Shown in pieces: positions 1 to 13,015 of a stretch of 64,000 nucleotides of DNA. Source of the stretch: Marsupella aquatica. Lineage: Eukaryota; Plantae; Marchantiophyta. The number at the start of each line of letters is the position of its first letter. Positions within the stretch are counted from its first letter, which is position 1. Both the position numbers and the translations under genes were made by a program. The stretch spans positions 23,039,455 to 23,103,454 of the forward strand of contig OZ316897.1 in the NCBI GenBank assembly GCA_973895155.1. The letters are read 5' to 3'. A model generated the notes under the pieces. That model made no database searches, was not told the DNA's origin, and worked only from the letters and a program-made list of their open reading frames with translations.

Positions 1-2337
1 AGCTGCTCACATATTCTAGCTGCGAGAGCACCTGCTCGCATTGAATTATCAAGTGAGCCAGCAAGTACATCCCAGCCTCGTGCCAAACGAGGTAGACCTT
101 TGGGATCAAAAGATAAACAACCACGAAGGCGTGGTTCATCTATACCACCTTCACCTGATGTCGATCATAACGAATCTACATCCCATATCTCTATCCACTA
201 CGCACACACAGGTGCGATGTGGGATAGAAATACTACTTCAATAGATGATGCTTTTGCATTAATGGTGGCAACACATATCACTGACGATACACCCGAACTA
301 ATATCTATCTTAGAATGCCAAAAGAGACCAGATTGGCCTGAATGGCAAAAAGCTATAAATGGAGAATTAGATTCCCTACTTAGCAGACACACTTTTGGCC
401 CAGTCGAGCCAACACCGCAAAATGTACACCTAATTGGCTACAAGTGGACATTTGTCCGCAAAAGAAATGATAAAGGCCAAGTTGTATGCTATAAAGCACG
501 TCTGGTAGGGAAAGGATTTACCCAACAACCGGGAATTCATTACGATGAAACCTATTCACCGGTTATGGATAGCACAACATTCCGATACCTTATCGGATTT
601 GCCATTTTCCATAAACTACAAATGCGACAACTGGATGTTGCGACCGCATATCTATATGGAACTTTAGACACTTGTCTGTACATGCGATCACCTCCTGAGT
701 TGGAGCAACGTCGCCGAGCTTTAGCTCAAGGCGCTAAATCGCATATCCCATATTTACATAAGATTATAAAACAATTATCTCAAGTTACACCTCATGTGTC
801 ATCTACACATGTAACTCATAATAACGACACCGCTGTGTCAACCGTACGGAATACTCGCTGTGGACTAGCTATCCGCGTGTTGAAGGCATTATATGGCCTG
901 AAACAAAGTGGCAGAGTATGGTATCAAAGATTTACTAATGAAATGATTGCCATGGGTTTTTCCCATGATGCCATTACACCATGTTTATTTATTAAACATG
1001 TGGATGATGAATATGTCATCGTTTCTATTTATGTTGATGACTTAAATATATTTGGGACACCCCAACTTACAGAAGACACTATTACCAGTCTTAAATCCAC
1101 ATTTGAGATGAAAGACCTTGGACATACAAACTTTTGCTTAGGCTTACAACTAGAGATCCTACCCACTGGCATGATGCTCCATCAGACAACACAAATTGAA
1201 AAAATCCTAAAACAGTTCAATATGAACCTAGCACACCCATTGACGTCACCAATGGTTGTACGTTCATTAGAAAACAATACTGATGTTTTTCGCAAGCGCA
1301 AAGAACATGAACCACTATTAGGACCAGAAACTCCATATCTTTCTGCGATAGGAACATTAATGTATCTAGCAAATCAGACACAACCAGACATTGCATTTAC
1401 AATTAACTTACTAGCTAGACATAGTGCAACTCCCACAGCCAAACACTAGAACAGAGTTAAGCACTATTTAGGTATCTGCGTGGCACCACCGATACAGGGT
1501 TATTTTACCCATTCGGTGCAAACCACGAACTCATAGGATACGCGGATGCCGGATATCTTTCTGACACTGACACCGCAAAATCGTACCCCCTTTTCTTGGA
1601 AAAGCGTGAAACAGACCCTAACAGCAACGTCATCGAATCACTTAGAAATCTTAGCTCTACATGAGGCTAGTCGTGAAGCCGTTTGGTTACGATCCTTTAT
1701 AAATCACATCAACACCAAATGCGGCCTACCACCACTAACGAAGCCTACTAACATTTTTGAGGATAATGTAGCATGTATACAGTAGATCACGAAAGGATTC
1801 ATCAAAGGCGATCGCGTGAAGCATATAGCTCCAAAGTTTTTCTACACCCACGAGTTACATGGAAAAGAGATCAACATTTTGCAGATTTCAAGTGCAGACA
1901 ACTGTGCGGATCTCTTCACCAAATCACTATTGCCATCAATTCATCACCGACACTGCCAAGCGATTAGACTACGGAGCGTGCGACGCATGATGACCGTGGA
2001 GACTGCTACTCCACATGATGCTTGATGATGCTGACGACATGATGCTGACGACTTACTGTTGAGACAAATGTTAAAGCTAGATTTACTATAGCATCTAACT
2101 TTATTTAATATTGACATTTATTACGACGAGGACTGTTAGGCTACACTCTTTTTCCTTTAGCACTCATATTTTTTCTCTGCTACACTGATAGAGTTTTTAC
2201 TAAGCTAGAGTTGATAAAGGTTTTTTAACGAGGCAATCTACCTCGCTTGTACTTATATCATGTATTTCCTATGAACATGATATAATAGGTATAGTCTATG
2301 TTGTCTATATAGTTGCCACTATATATCCAAAGGGGAG
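1..2337 (+). mobile_element. Ty1/copia LTR retrotransposon, Bianca-like, 3' part of pol (RT-RNase H), degenerate; runs off the left edge of the window
   Basis: ORFs 100-1449, 1546-1785 and 1816-2025 carry YKARLVGKGFTQ, LYGLKQSGR, IYVDD, YLSAIGTLMYLAN, KQTLTATSSNH and KHIAPKFFYTHE. Stops/frameshift near 1449 and a stop at 1785. Polypurine tract AAAGGGGAG at 2329-2337 is followed by TGTTAG (3' LTR start at 2338; its end was not located). Confidence 0.93.
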
Positions 2338-2940
2338 TGTTAGACTCTACCTGGTGACCGGACGACCGGACCAGCCAGTCACCGGACCGGCACCACTACA
2401 TGTACCAAACACCACAGACTATACATCATTCATTCTATTCTCACATATATTAATAGTGACATTAGAATAAAGAAAAATTAGGGGTTGTAAGAGAATGATA
2501 GAGACTGAAGGTACATTCAGGTACTGATCTCATGAGTTACAATCATACCTGGAGAGAGTTGTCATGTGGTTGGCCTGTTTAAAAGACTAGGGCCAAAGAA
2601 TAGGAAGTAAAGGAAGACATGGCAAGAGACCCAGTAAAGTAAAACAAGAGATAAACTGCTACAAAGATAAAAGAATTACTGTAAACCCCTACCAAAGAGT
2701 AAACTGAAAATCCTATTAAAGCTCAGGATCTTATTATGCATATGATTTAAACCTGCACTGTGCCCTGAAAAAATAGTTTTTCTGAGCCATCCCATCATCC
2801 AAAATGTGTCCTCACACACCCTCTGCCTCATCTCCGTGCATCCCCCTGCAATAAGCCTTCCATGATGGTACCTTGTGGAGAGCCCACTCACCTCAGTCCA
2901 CCAATAGCCCTCCCACCTTGCCCCCCATGCCTCTTAGAGC

Positions 2941-3227
2941 TAGGTTCTATGGGCCAGGGGCAGGGAGTTCGAGCACTCCCTCTGACACCCCCTGGAGCCC
3001 AAATACATTGATGGTATTTCAAGGTCCACACAGTATTTTAAAGGTATGAGTTTAAACTTAAAAGCCAACGAGAACTCCCTGCACTGTTACTATACAGGGG
3101 TACCTTTGAACTTAACAGGGAGTGTGAGGGAAAATATCATTTGTGACCCCTTAAGTCCCCTAAAAAGCTGTAATTTTATTGGCTCAAACACTCACATACA
3201 TCTGCAGTCCCAGCACCATGGAACCTA
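2941..3227. mobile_element. MITE with TIR TAGGTTCYATGG, in a CTAG context at both ends
   Basis: TAGGTTCTATGG at 2941 and CCATGGAACCTA ending at 3227. A diverged reverse-orientation copy lies at 35371-35645 and a left-end match at 44720. Confidence 0.8.
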
Positions 3228-3395
3228 GACTTTTCTTTAGGCCTTGGCAGGATGGTTTGCACGCTCTGTCCTTCCCTATCAAACAATCGCCACAATTCCT
3301 TTCCTCAATGACTTTCTTGTCTCCTCGACACCTTTTTTTGACTCAGCTCTACCGTCAACATTATTTTGTGCAATGCAGACCAACATGGCCACAAC

Positions 3396-3520
3396 TACGT
3401 AAATCCTGTCAGGAGAAGAGGTTACCGGTGTGTAACCATTTCTACAGGGGCCTGCTATAGTCATAATCTGGTGTCCTGAAAAGTTGAGCCGGTAACCTCT
3501 TTCCGGGCAGGAGTTACGTA
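3396..3520. mobile_element. Small fold-back MITE
   Basis: TACGTAAATCCTGTCAGGAGAAGAGGTTACCGG pairs imperfectly with CCGGTAACCTCTTTCCGGGCAGGAGTTACGTA; TA at both ends. Confidence 0.7.
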
Positions 3521-3523
3521 CAC

Positions 3524-3671
3524 TAATGCAGGGCAGGGCTGGGCTGGGGTTATAGGCTGTAACCTGCTCCCGGAATATTCAAAGAAGCTTCCCGGCTGCC
3601 GCCGGTCAGTTTCTTTTCATATTCCGGATACAGGGTTACAGCCTAGTAACCCTGCACCCAGACCTGCATTA
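3524..3671. mobile_element. Small fold-back MITE
   Basis: TAATGCAGG...TAGGCTGTAACC...CCGGAATAT pairs with ATATTCCGG...GGTTACAGCCTA...CCTGCATTA. Confidence 0.7.
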
Positions 3672-3681
3672 CCCTATACAT

Positions 3682-4632
3682 TAGGGTGTTTCACATATGA
3701 AGAAAAAGTTGCATACACGGGCGGCCCAAGGCGCACCATGACAAGGTTGATGTGGGCCAAATTTTTGGGGGGTAGTGAATTATGAGACGGGTCGCGGGTG
3801 CAAATGCCAATGGCCTATACCTACTGCTTTTAGGTTTTTTGTTAGTTGTCATTGTAATTGTGGTCAGGCGGGGGTTTCGGTCAAAATCCCCAGGCGTGAC
3901 TGGTCAGGCACCACAATTGGTGCCCCACCCATCTTGTCCGAACTCTGGGGCATGGAAATTTACTCAAACTCCTATATGTGAGACGCCCTAGTACTACACT
4001 ACATGGAGGAAACTCGAAATTTCAGAATTAATTGATTTTTCGCGCTAACCTTACTAGTAAGGTAAAGGTAAGCAAAGCTGCAGCTGATCCGGATGCCGAG
4101 AAAACCTGAGCAGAACCTAGCGCGACCGGGCTTATCCCAACCGCAATAATAATAGGGCGTCTCAAATATAGGGCGTTTGAGTAATTTTCCACGCCCGGGA
4201 GTATCAGTGCCCAGGCCTCCGGACAGGACTGGTCGGGCACCGATTGTGGTGCCCGACCAATCACGCCCGGGAAAGCTCTGCCCGATCGGGATTACAAGAA
4301 ACGAACAAGGAACGAAATGTTAACGAACAATAGGCCATTGGCATTTACACCCGCGACTTGTGTCATAATTCAGTACTCAAAAAAATGTTGGCCCGCATCA
4401 ACCCTCTCGCGGTGCGCCCGAGTGCGTCTCGGGCCACCCGTGAATGAAGTTTTTTTCTCATATATGAGACGCCCTATGTTCGTTTTTTGTAATCCCGGTC
4501 GGGCGAAGTTTTCCCGGGCGTGACTGGTCGGGCACCACAATCGGTGCCCGACCAATCCTGTCCGGAGGCCCGGGCACTGATACTCCCGGGCGTGGAAAAT
4601 TACTCAAACGCCCTATATTTGAGACCCCCTTA
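3682..4632. mobile_element. Three copies of a ~310-bp MITE (TIR TAGGGCGTCTCA.ATAT): 3682-3990 forward, 4153-4476 reverse, 4477-4632 partial forward
   Basis: Shared TIRs and internal sequence (GGCACCACAAT.GGTGCCC, GGAAAATTACTCAAAC). 4153-4306 and 4477-4630 are near-perfect inverted copies. Confidence 0.8.
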
Positions 4633-4657
4633 TGCATTTACGAAGGTCCCCACCGGA

Positions 4658-4825
4658 ACTGATAGAGATCCGGAGGAGAAGGAAGAGGTGACGGAAGTGA
4701 CTGATAGAGATCCGGAGGAAATCGAAGTCGTCACGGAAGTGACTGATGGAGATCCGGAGGAAAACGAAGAGGTCACGCAAGTGACTGATGGAGATCCGGA
4801 AGAAAACGACCAGGTCACGGAAGAC
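4658..4825 (+). repeat. 42-bp tandem minisatellite, about 4 units; reads EVTDRDPEE in one frame
   Basis: ACTGATAGAGATCCGGAGGA...GGAAGTG unit recurs at 42-bp spacing. Confidence 0.85.
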
Positions 4826-5935
4826 GTTTGCAAGGAAGAAGAGCGACAGTTGTGACCCACCCGCGGGTGCAGGAATTATGAATCCATGTCAGATCTGGAA
4901 AACCTCCCGACCTTCCATTCGAACGACAAGCCCCCGTTGGTCACTACTGTGTGGATTTTATGCCTCGCATTCGTCTTCGGCAACCTCTTTTCACTGAATG
5001 AAATTGATCCGGCCAAGACGTTTGGCACGTACAGTAGTTGGGCAAAATTGGTAGACCTCGCCTCCCCTGATAATTGCCCGAATTGGAGTCCTCTTTGTGG
5101 GAGATTTATTGGGTGTTCACGGCAATATGATATGTTCGTTTTTTAGGTCGCACATTTCCCTGTCGAGTTCGCTTCGAAATGTTGAGATGGTGCTTCTTTA
5201 GGGGCTGCACTGTTGTACATGGCCAAGAAAAGAATCCTGGAGACAGTTTGATTACCCTGTTGCCATACATCAGTGAATCCTCTCGTTAATGTTATCCGAA
5301 ACTGTGGACTACGGAAGCACATCAACTCCTCTGGTAAATGTTACCAGAGTTTTTCATGGGCAGGACAGAAGCGCTCTAAAACCTCTAGTTTGACGCTGCT
5401 ACTTCAGTCGTAGCTCGGCTTCGGCAATGGTGTGGCACGCGGTCTTTCAGCTAGCATCTTTTCTTTATTCTCGTATTTATCAGTTAAACTAGTTCACATT
5501 CCCTCTTGAGAAAAACTTGCAAACGGGGGAAAAGCTGGTGAGACAGAAAGGAAAGGGGTCTTTCAGTTCGGCTTGACGACGACGGAAACTCACCCAATCG
5601 CAATGGAGGTGGTTCTGAGCAGTTCGTTTTATGCAAAACTTTCTCAAAACACCTGTTTACTATTAATGTCGTTGATTTTCCTTGCCCAACCTCGGCTGGG
5701 CTGAACCTAAGGCCTCTTAGTATGATTCAGACAGTAAATTCGGCTCGAAGATCTGAGAAACTTCCACTAGATATCCTTTGAGATGTGTTCAGGTTCTTGT
5801 TACTCTGACTTGACTTGTGACGGTTTTTCTCACGTTATACTCCTGTGTGTTCATAAACAAGGCTTTGGGCAAATTGTATGTGTCAACAGTGTATTTGGCG
5901 TATCGGTGTCTATGTTGCCTCAACGTGTGCATTCA

Positions 5936-6370
5936 CAGGAATGGCGCAGGCTCTTCGTTTAAAAATGGCGGGCACTGGAATCAGAGTGGCATCTGTGCAT
6001 CCAGGTCCTGTGGACCCTAGCATGTGAGGAGCAACTTGACGTCCCATTAATGACTGGAAGAAAATATCAACTCGTCAGAGCAGGATGAGAATTTAAACAA
6101 TTGCGGTGCAAGTTCCTGTAAATTTTAATCCGTCAGGACTTGGGAAGCAGACCACTTCTTGTAAACTAACAACACCGCGTTACCAATTATGATTTCTTGC
6201 ACATCTCTCGATGTCTTGCCTCTCTTATCTTTGTTTCTTGGTGGAATTGTAGATGGGTTAGTGGCAGTTTGGACAAGTCAGGTATTGACGCACAAAATAT
6301 ATGTAGCCTTGAGGTGGCTTTGTTGCCCCAAGACGTCGCAGACGCCATTGCGACAATTGCGTACCAGGTT
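5936..6370 (+). pseudogene. Short-chain dehydrogenase/reductase (SDR) C-terminal remnant
   Basis: 5936-6025 translates GMAQALRLKMAGTGIRVASVHPGPVDPSM then stop, resembling the post-YxxxK region of classical SDRs. LLPQDVADAI near 6320 resembles the SDR PEDVA motif. No N-terminal GxxxGxG found. Confidence 0.5.
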
Positions 6371-7031
6371 CATGCTTTAGACCTGGCCACGCATTTTGTT
6401 TCAGTTGGAATTGAAGGAGATTGTTTTCATTTCATCAACAACACTCAACTCTTAGGAATCGAGTGCGGATGAAAAAAGAAGAACATTTCTAGCTAACTGC
6501 TGGCATGAACACCAGACCATTCAATTCTCTTGGTTAAGTGTGAGTCTTGGACATCTGGCGCTACTGCCTTGATCGTGGAAAACTAATTACAGTTGGCTGG
6601 CTGAAACTGTTGCAGAACTCAAGATCTGACATTAACTTGCTTCGAATGGTGCCAAGCAATGCGCCCAGGAAGACCCATATCTGAGCCCCTATCCCCGCAA
6701 AGAAAGTGGAAACTCCCTGTGTATTACAAAATGGAAGCGCTGCTGCTATTGATGTAGCGCTGCGTAAGAATTACAATTGTGTCCCAAACAAAAAATATGC
6801 AAACTTTGAAAAATAATTCTCCATGCACCACCCTGATGCCGATGGAGGAGAATGTGCAAGGACCATTCCTTAATTGCCTGGATCATCTGGAATGGTGCAA
6901 TTGAAAGCAATGCGCCAAAGTTCTCTTCTTTGCGTTCTCATCTCTCGACAAGTAGGTCACTTTAGCCAATAAATTATATGTAATTTGCCCTCTCAACTCT
7001 CGTCGTTATCGAGCGAACAGTCCTTTGAAAT

Positions 7032-10000
7032 ATGGGAAAGGAGGTGGACCATGGTGTTGAAATGGGACACGGCCACAGTCACGGCCACAGTCACGGCCAC
7101 ACACACCACGGTGGCCGTCATCACAGTCACTGCACTTCTCCTGAAGATTTTGTTCCCCTGCCGAAGGAGCCAGGATGCCACGCTACGGAGAAAATGAAGC
7201 CAGGGAAAGAGCCTCTGAGATGGCGACGAAGCACCATCAAAGTGTCTCCCTGCGTTCACTGCGCGTCGCAAGAGGCGCACGAGCGCGCGAAAACATACAG
7301 AGCCAAAGGACAGTGTTTGGCTCCTGTGGAACTATTAGCGTGTAGCATCAAACTGATTGAAAGCTACAGGAAGAAGAAGGAGCCTGGACAGACTCCAGAC
7401 GTCTACGCCGACGTTTGGCTACCTCTGTACAATGTCGTGCACCCTTACGATATCCAATTCATCAAACAGGCAAGTACTGTAATGTAATTCTCGTTCTGGA
7501 TAATTATGCATTCACAATCATGTCAAAGACGTTTAATCTCAAACCTGCATGCCCATATTCCTGTCACTTGAGCATTCTAAGACATTTTGCAGATGCATCA
7601 AGAATTGTTACTCCAGTTGCCACACACAAAGTCGAACCTCCTATGGCAGTATACTCTTTGAGTACTAAAGCTCCCATCCCAGAACTTCAATCTGAATACC
7701 AGTAGTCTCCCTTATTAGTTATGCCTCTAAGAGGCAAGCTGCATGCTCACTATACGCATGAGCACGGGAGACAAAAAGGGGCACCATGGACTTGAAACTG
7801 ACATGGAGGGCATTACAGGTTCTATATGGATGCGTAAGGTACGAGATGCTTCTCAGCATATTCGTCGACAAACTGCATGAGCAAAATCCTCTGGTTACGT
7901 TCGATGACGACATGACATACACAGTCTTGGCATACCTTGCATTGCTTCGACTTCATGAGCTCCAATGGTCGCAATATCGGTGAGCCACTCAAAGTCACGT
8001 TAATGCTATGCTGCGGCTGTCACTCAATTTTCTTGGCACAACAAACCCAGTCTCTTCAATTTTGTGACCTTATATCTCGATCCAAAGCAGCCACTGTCGT
8101 CAAAAGCAAGTGCCAGTCCTGCAGGTGCCGATCAATATACCCTAATGAACGGTTTTTCTTAAACCTTCTCTCATTATGCCCATCTAGGAAAGTCGTATGA
8201 GAGAAGAGGAGTCTGGTTGAACTAGAGACCTGTCCACATGCGTGCCTTAAGCCGAAATTGTTTTTAAACAATGAGAAAGGGGCTTTGCCTATGTCTTTCT
8301 AGCAAACAGACAGAATGCACACTCAATAAAGAGAGTTAGAAAATCCATTAAAAGAGAGATACATGACGACTATCTCAAATGTGATCAGAACGAACACCCA
8401 GACTGATAACCCTCAAAGCTTCACTACAGTACCAAGGCACGATGAGGAGCACAGTCGCTCACTCGAACCTACGCATAGTTTACTGGACATTCTCAATTAG
8501 TAGTTGAGATTTAGTTTAAAATTACGAGATTGCTGTACATAAATTTTCGTGAACTATTAAGAAATTTCGAGACTGTAATTAATTTCGCTTAGCATTTGAA
8601 TGGTTGTGAAGATCAACGGTCGTCGTGTATCTGTATTGCTATTGAGATTTAGCAGGCCATGTCAGCTCCAAGCAATGTACAGAGGCAAAGCCACCAAGTC
8701 CAGCGGAGTATATGAAAATGTCGCACGGCTGAACTCTTACAGTGCGGAGCATCGTTAACTTTCCACATTAAACAATAGTAACCACTCAATCGATCGGTTA
8801 GCTGTCTCGGCTTGGAAGAGTAGATGTAGAATATATTTTGCATTTTAGATGTAGACCATGCCTTGGATGGAAGGATATTTTATCTCAAAAGTTTGGCGAT
8901 GGGCTTGTCATGAGGATGTACAGTCGATCAGCACTTGAAAGATGGTCTTGCGCTTGAGTGCAGGAGGTTGTTGTGGACTCAGCCACCAGGGAGAATGTTG
9001 CCCTTCTTAGAGTTTATTTTTGATGACAGCGCTCTTCTAAGCAACGTCCACAGCAGCTGGTGTGAGCACTATGATGACGAGGTTTGTTCATGTCTAAACG
9101 TCCTCCTATGCATGCAGCACTCCTCTGAGGCACCCACAAACCAGAGACATTCTGAGATCTGGCTCACTTCGTGCCAGTATACCATTGATGAGATAATAAC
9201 TTGAACACTTCAATCAGAGGGGTTGCATAGAATTCAATAGAGGAAGCTCGTGAACATTGGAATAGGAGGAAGTCCGCAAATCCCCAAGTTCAGCAACAAG
9301 GGACATGACGGCAACTCACAGAATGAAGTGATGTGGAGAGTTAGGTTATTGTGGACGGCTTGACGAGTATGTGGAAATGGAAATTGATCTCTCCCGTTAA
9401 AATTGAAACAAGCTTGGTGTTATCGAACCTTCTGTAAGTGATGGTCGAATGTCCTTAACGTATGGAGAATGTCGTAATGTATCCTTTGCTGGGTTGGAGT
9501 GCAGTTTGTTCGGGACATGATCGACAGCATAAGATTTTTCTCAGCAGAAGCGAAGGAACTTATTGACCAGTAAGGATCCCAGAGAATTGTCCACGTTGGT
9601 GTAGACAAGCAAAAGCTACTGTAGGTCACAGAAAGTCACAGTAAGTGCGACTTTTGTTAAGTAAATGGTCTGAAAGTAGATTTGGCTTGGCAGGTTTGCT
9701 AAACGAGTATATGCTCCAGATCCACTCGGCCGTTATGTACCGCCTCCGACAGTTCCACAACCCTTCAAGATGTCCGTCAGCAAGACCGTTTGCCCTCAGT
9801 TTGAAGAATTTGCGCCGGTGAGCGTGACCGCTTCCGTTCATTTCTATCACTATAAGCAAGCTTAAGGTCTTTCGAATCTTCTCAGGAAATTGTTGTCCAA
9901 GGACGAGTAAATTATCGGTAATGGACGTTTAGTGGAGTGGCAGCCTGCACCATTCAAAGCCAGACCAGCTCCGATGTTTGAAAAAGGGAGGACGCTGGAA

Positions 10001-13000
10001 ATGAAGCGAATTTCAGCAGTCTTCAAGGAAAACCGGCAGATTCTGAAAAAAAAGTACGCAGATCCCAAGTATCAACCGTTTCGACTGCGTACAATCGAGA
10101 GGCCAACGAATATCGAGCAGCTAAGAGCCGAGGTACAGTAGATGGCCCGGGATCACAGTTTCTTGCCGCTTTGTCATGCAGGAAAATGAAGGCTGTCAGC
10201 TCAATTTCCTTCATACTGTACGTCTGATGGAACTGGAGTCGACCACTGACAAAGATGATCTGATTGCTGTGACAGAAAAACTAAATTATGCCTTGCAGGT
10301 CGAAGAGAAGTTCAACCAGGACCACCATTATATTCCAGCCGAAATAAATGCGCCCCCGGACATGCCAACTGTCGAGGTGCTCTATGTACTCTTTCCCATG
10401 AAGTCATACCATGGATGAGAAGGAGACGGACTAGAAAACCGGAATTTTGTCCGTTTATGCTCAGCTGATGCCAGTATGAAAGTGGGCTTGGGTAATTCTT
10501 TAATCATCGCAACATAACGTCGCAGATAATGAAGCCACAGCATCCATAGGGTTGATACTTGGTTTGCTGTCCATTTGTGTTACGTGTGTCCGATGGTCAA
10601 TTTGAATCATCTTTTTAACTCATAACACTTACGCCGAGTAGACCATATGCTGACCTCTCAACCGGTCATGTTCTACGGATGTTTTGCACAGGTCAAACTG
10701 AATGTTGCAACTCTGTTGAGAGAGCATTCGCGCTTCCAAAAGAGACTGGACGAGGACAGGAAGAAGATTCAGTCGTATGAAACAGAGCTACGTGATGACT
10801 CGAACTTCAAGCTGTGGTTGGTGCGTTATTGTTCAAATGCTCATGATTAAAATACTACAACAACTAGAATCCAATTGAACGATTCTGAGCAGCTATATTT
10901 AACCTCAAAAGAGAACTTCTGATCTTTCATCTGCTCGCCATCCAGAATTTTCAGGGGTCTTATTCCATGTATTCCCCACTCCAGGCCGATACATTATTTT
11001 AGAATAAGTTTTCAAGTTAAGTACTTGGAGCTGGCAGGTTTTCATGATCTCCGAGGTCCGTCTCAAAATGTTATGTGATTATGCTTGATATCATAACGAG
11101 ACTGTTGACATTTAGAATGGGTCCATGTATGTTGCACCGCGCGCTCCTCATCAGATACAGACTTTATTTAACATATATCTTCACACTTATCGAGGAACTT
11201 ACCTGGAGGTTTCTTTTCACTGAACAGGAGGAACAGCGAATGCAGACTGAGATTGCAGAAGCAATTCAGATCGAGTTCAATAGAAAGAAAGTGATGGCAA
11301 CAGACCAGGCGGCAATAGAAGCCAAGGAAAAGTATGTAAGTCGCCAAGAATGTTACAAAGGCCTGTTGTATAAATACTTTTTGCTGTAACCATATCAACG
11401 TTGAAATCAATAAAGAATCAGCAGACGACCTTTCACATCATTGTATTGCTGGAAGATTTTGAGTGCAAATTATTTCAAGACATCAAGTGACAGCCCAGTT
11501 ACTTCGATAACATTACTCACTACACAACTTGTTTTCAACCGCCGTAGTATTCTCTTGCTCCATATGTAGTCCACATAGTGTCAAAGTTGGACTCCTCTTC
11601 AGGAGTTGTAGTGCTACAAACGTTTGGAAATATTTACAGCTCTTCTGCAACGTTGTTCTTTCAATTCTATCCTGATTTCAAACCAACCAAAATGGGAGGG
11701 CTTGCCTGGCTCAGTGACCGCATCTGCTTGCTTGTAAGGGACCAACCAATGTCAACTGTAGGAGTTCTGCATCCCTTTCTCGGTAAAGCTGCCAAGATGG
11801 AACTACAAAGCGACAGTTCACAATGAAAATCAACAAATGACAATACATGGTTAAGGTGTACAATGACAGCCTTCATTATTTCTGACTTGTTCAGCTAGCT
11901 GAGAAAATGGAGATGGGGAAAGGAGCCCGGGAGGAAATGAAAATGTGCAGTGCACAGATAGCACAGGAGAAGAAAAATGAGAAATTCAGGAAGAAGATTA
12001 AGCACTTTCTAGTGGCGCAGGAGAAACGAGGGATAAAGGTGCCTCCACAAAGCCCAACCCTCCATAACGTTCCGTCTTACCTTATACCGTCGGCAGAATT
12101 CAACTGAAACGGACCTGATGCCCGCTACTAAACAGTTTCTTGTTCAAATGAGCTTTCTTTTGCCCCTCCCCATAAGACAGTATACTTCAGCATAAGACAG
12201 TATACTTCAGCTTCCAGCTCAGGTTACAATTGCAGAAGTTCAACTGTGCTTGTACTCTGGGATCAAACCATTACAGAGAAAAGTAACATATTTACACATT
12301 GGGGGCCAGGTAGCAGTGGAGAAAATCCGAAAGCAAAGAAAAGCAAACGCTCTTCATGTGATGGCAGAGTCAGAAGAGCTTTGTGCAAAGAGTACACTAG
12401 CCAAAGCACAAGAGATGGCCATGAAGCAGGAACTTGTCCGCCAGCTAAGGGTATTTCTCTTGAAATCCATCTCTTTTCGTCATAACATCCCATCTGGCTA
12501 CTCTGGCTGGTAAACGTGGCATCGCAATTGGATAACAATGTTCTACACATATTGCAGGCGCTGGAGAAAGAGTCCTGTCACATTGAGAAGAAGTTTGACA
12601 TTTACTCTAGCGGTGGACAAGGACTTCTGCAAGAGATGTCAATTGCTCAACTCAGAACCGAACTTGTCCTGGTTAAGCGGTGGCTGCAGAAGGAAGAAGA
12701 CGCCAAACGTCGGCAAATTCACGCTGTCAAAGTAGAGGTCTGTTTCTGTTCTTGTGATGAGAGGAATGACCTTCCTCCCGAGCTTCACTACTGGTTTCTC
12801 CTCGAGATGAATCATAGGACATGCTCTTTTTCTGACAAGATCCTAATTCTTCCCATCTTTGTTATTCCTCGCAGAGGCAAAATATGCTGCTGGAGAAATC
12901 TCGTGTCGTCACACAAATGCGGCATGTTTCACGAGCACAGTGGCTCTCAAAGAAGGCTGCTGAAAAGAACTATGATAAAGAAGAAATCAACCCTGCGGAG

Positions 13001-13015
13001 CAACTGGGTCTCTAA
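7032..13015 (+). CDS. CFAP99: Cilia- and flagella-associated protein 99-like, multi-exon
   Basis: Exons 7032-7469, 7819-7979, 8964-9081, 9505-9569, ~9694-9817, 9944-10132, 10299-10376, ~10692-10820, ~11229-11335, ~11895-12040, ~12310-12449, ~12558-12737 and ~12875-13015 splice to give FIKQ|VLYGCVRY...YTVLAYLALLRLHEL...MLPFLEFIF...WCEHYDDE|FV, PTVPQPF and VKLNVATLLRE, then a coiled-coil C-terminus. Family recognised from memory; later exon boundaries are approximate. Confidence 0.8.
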
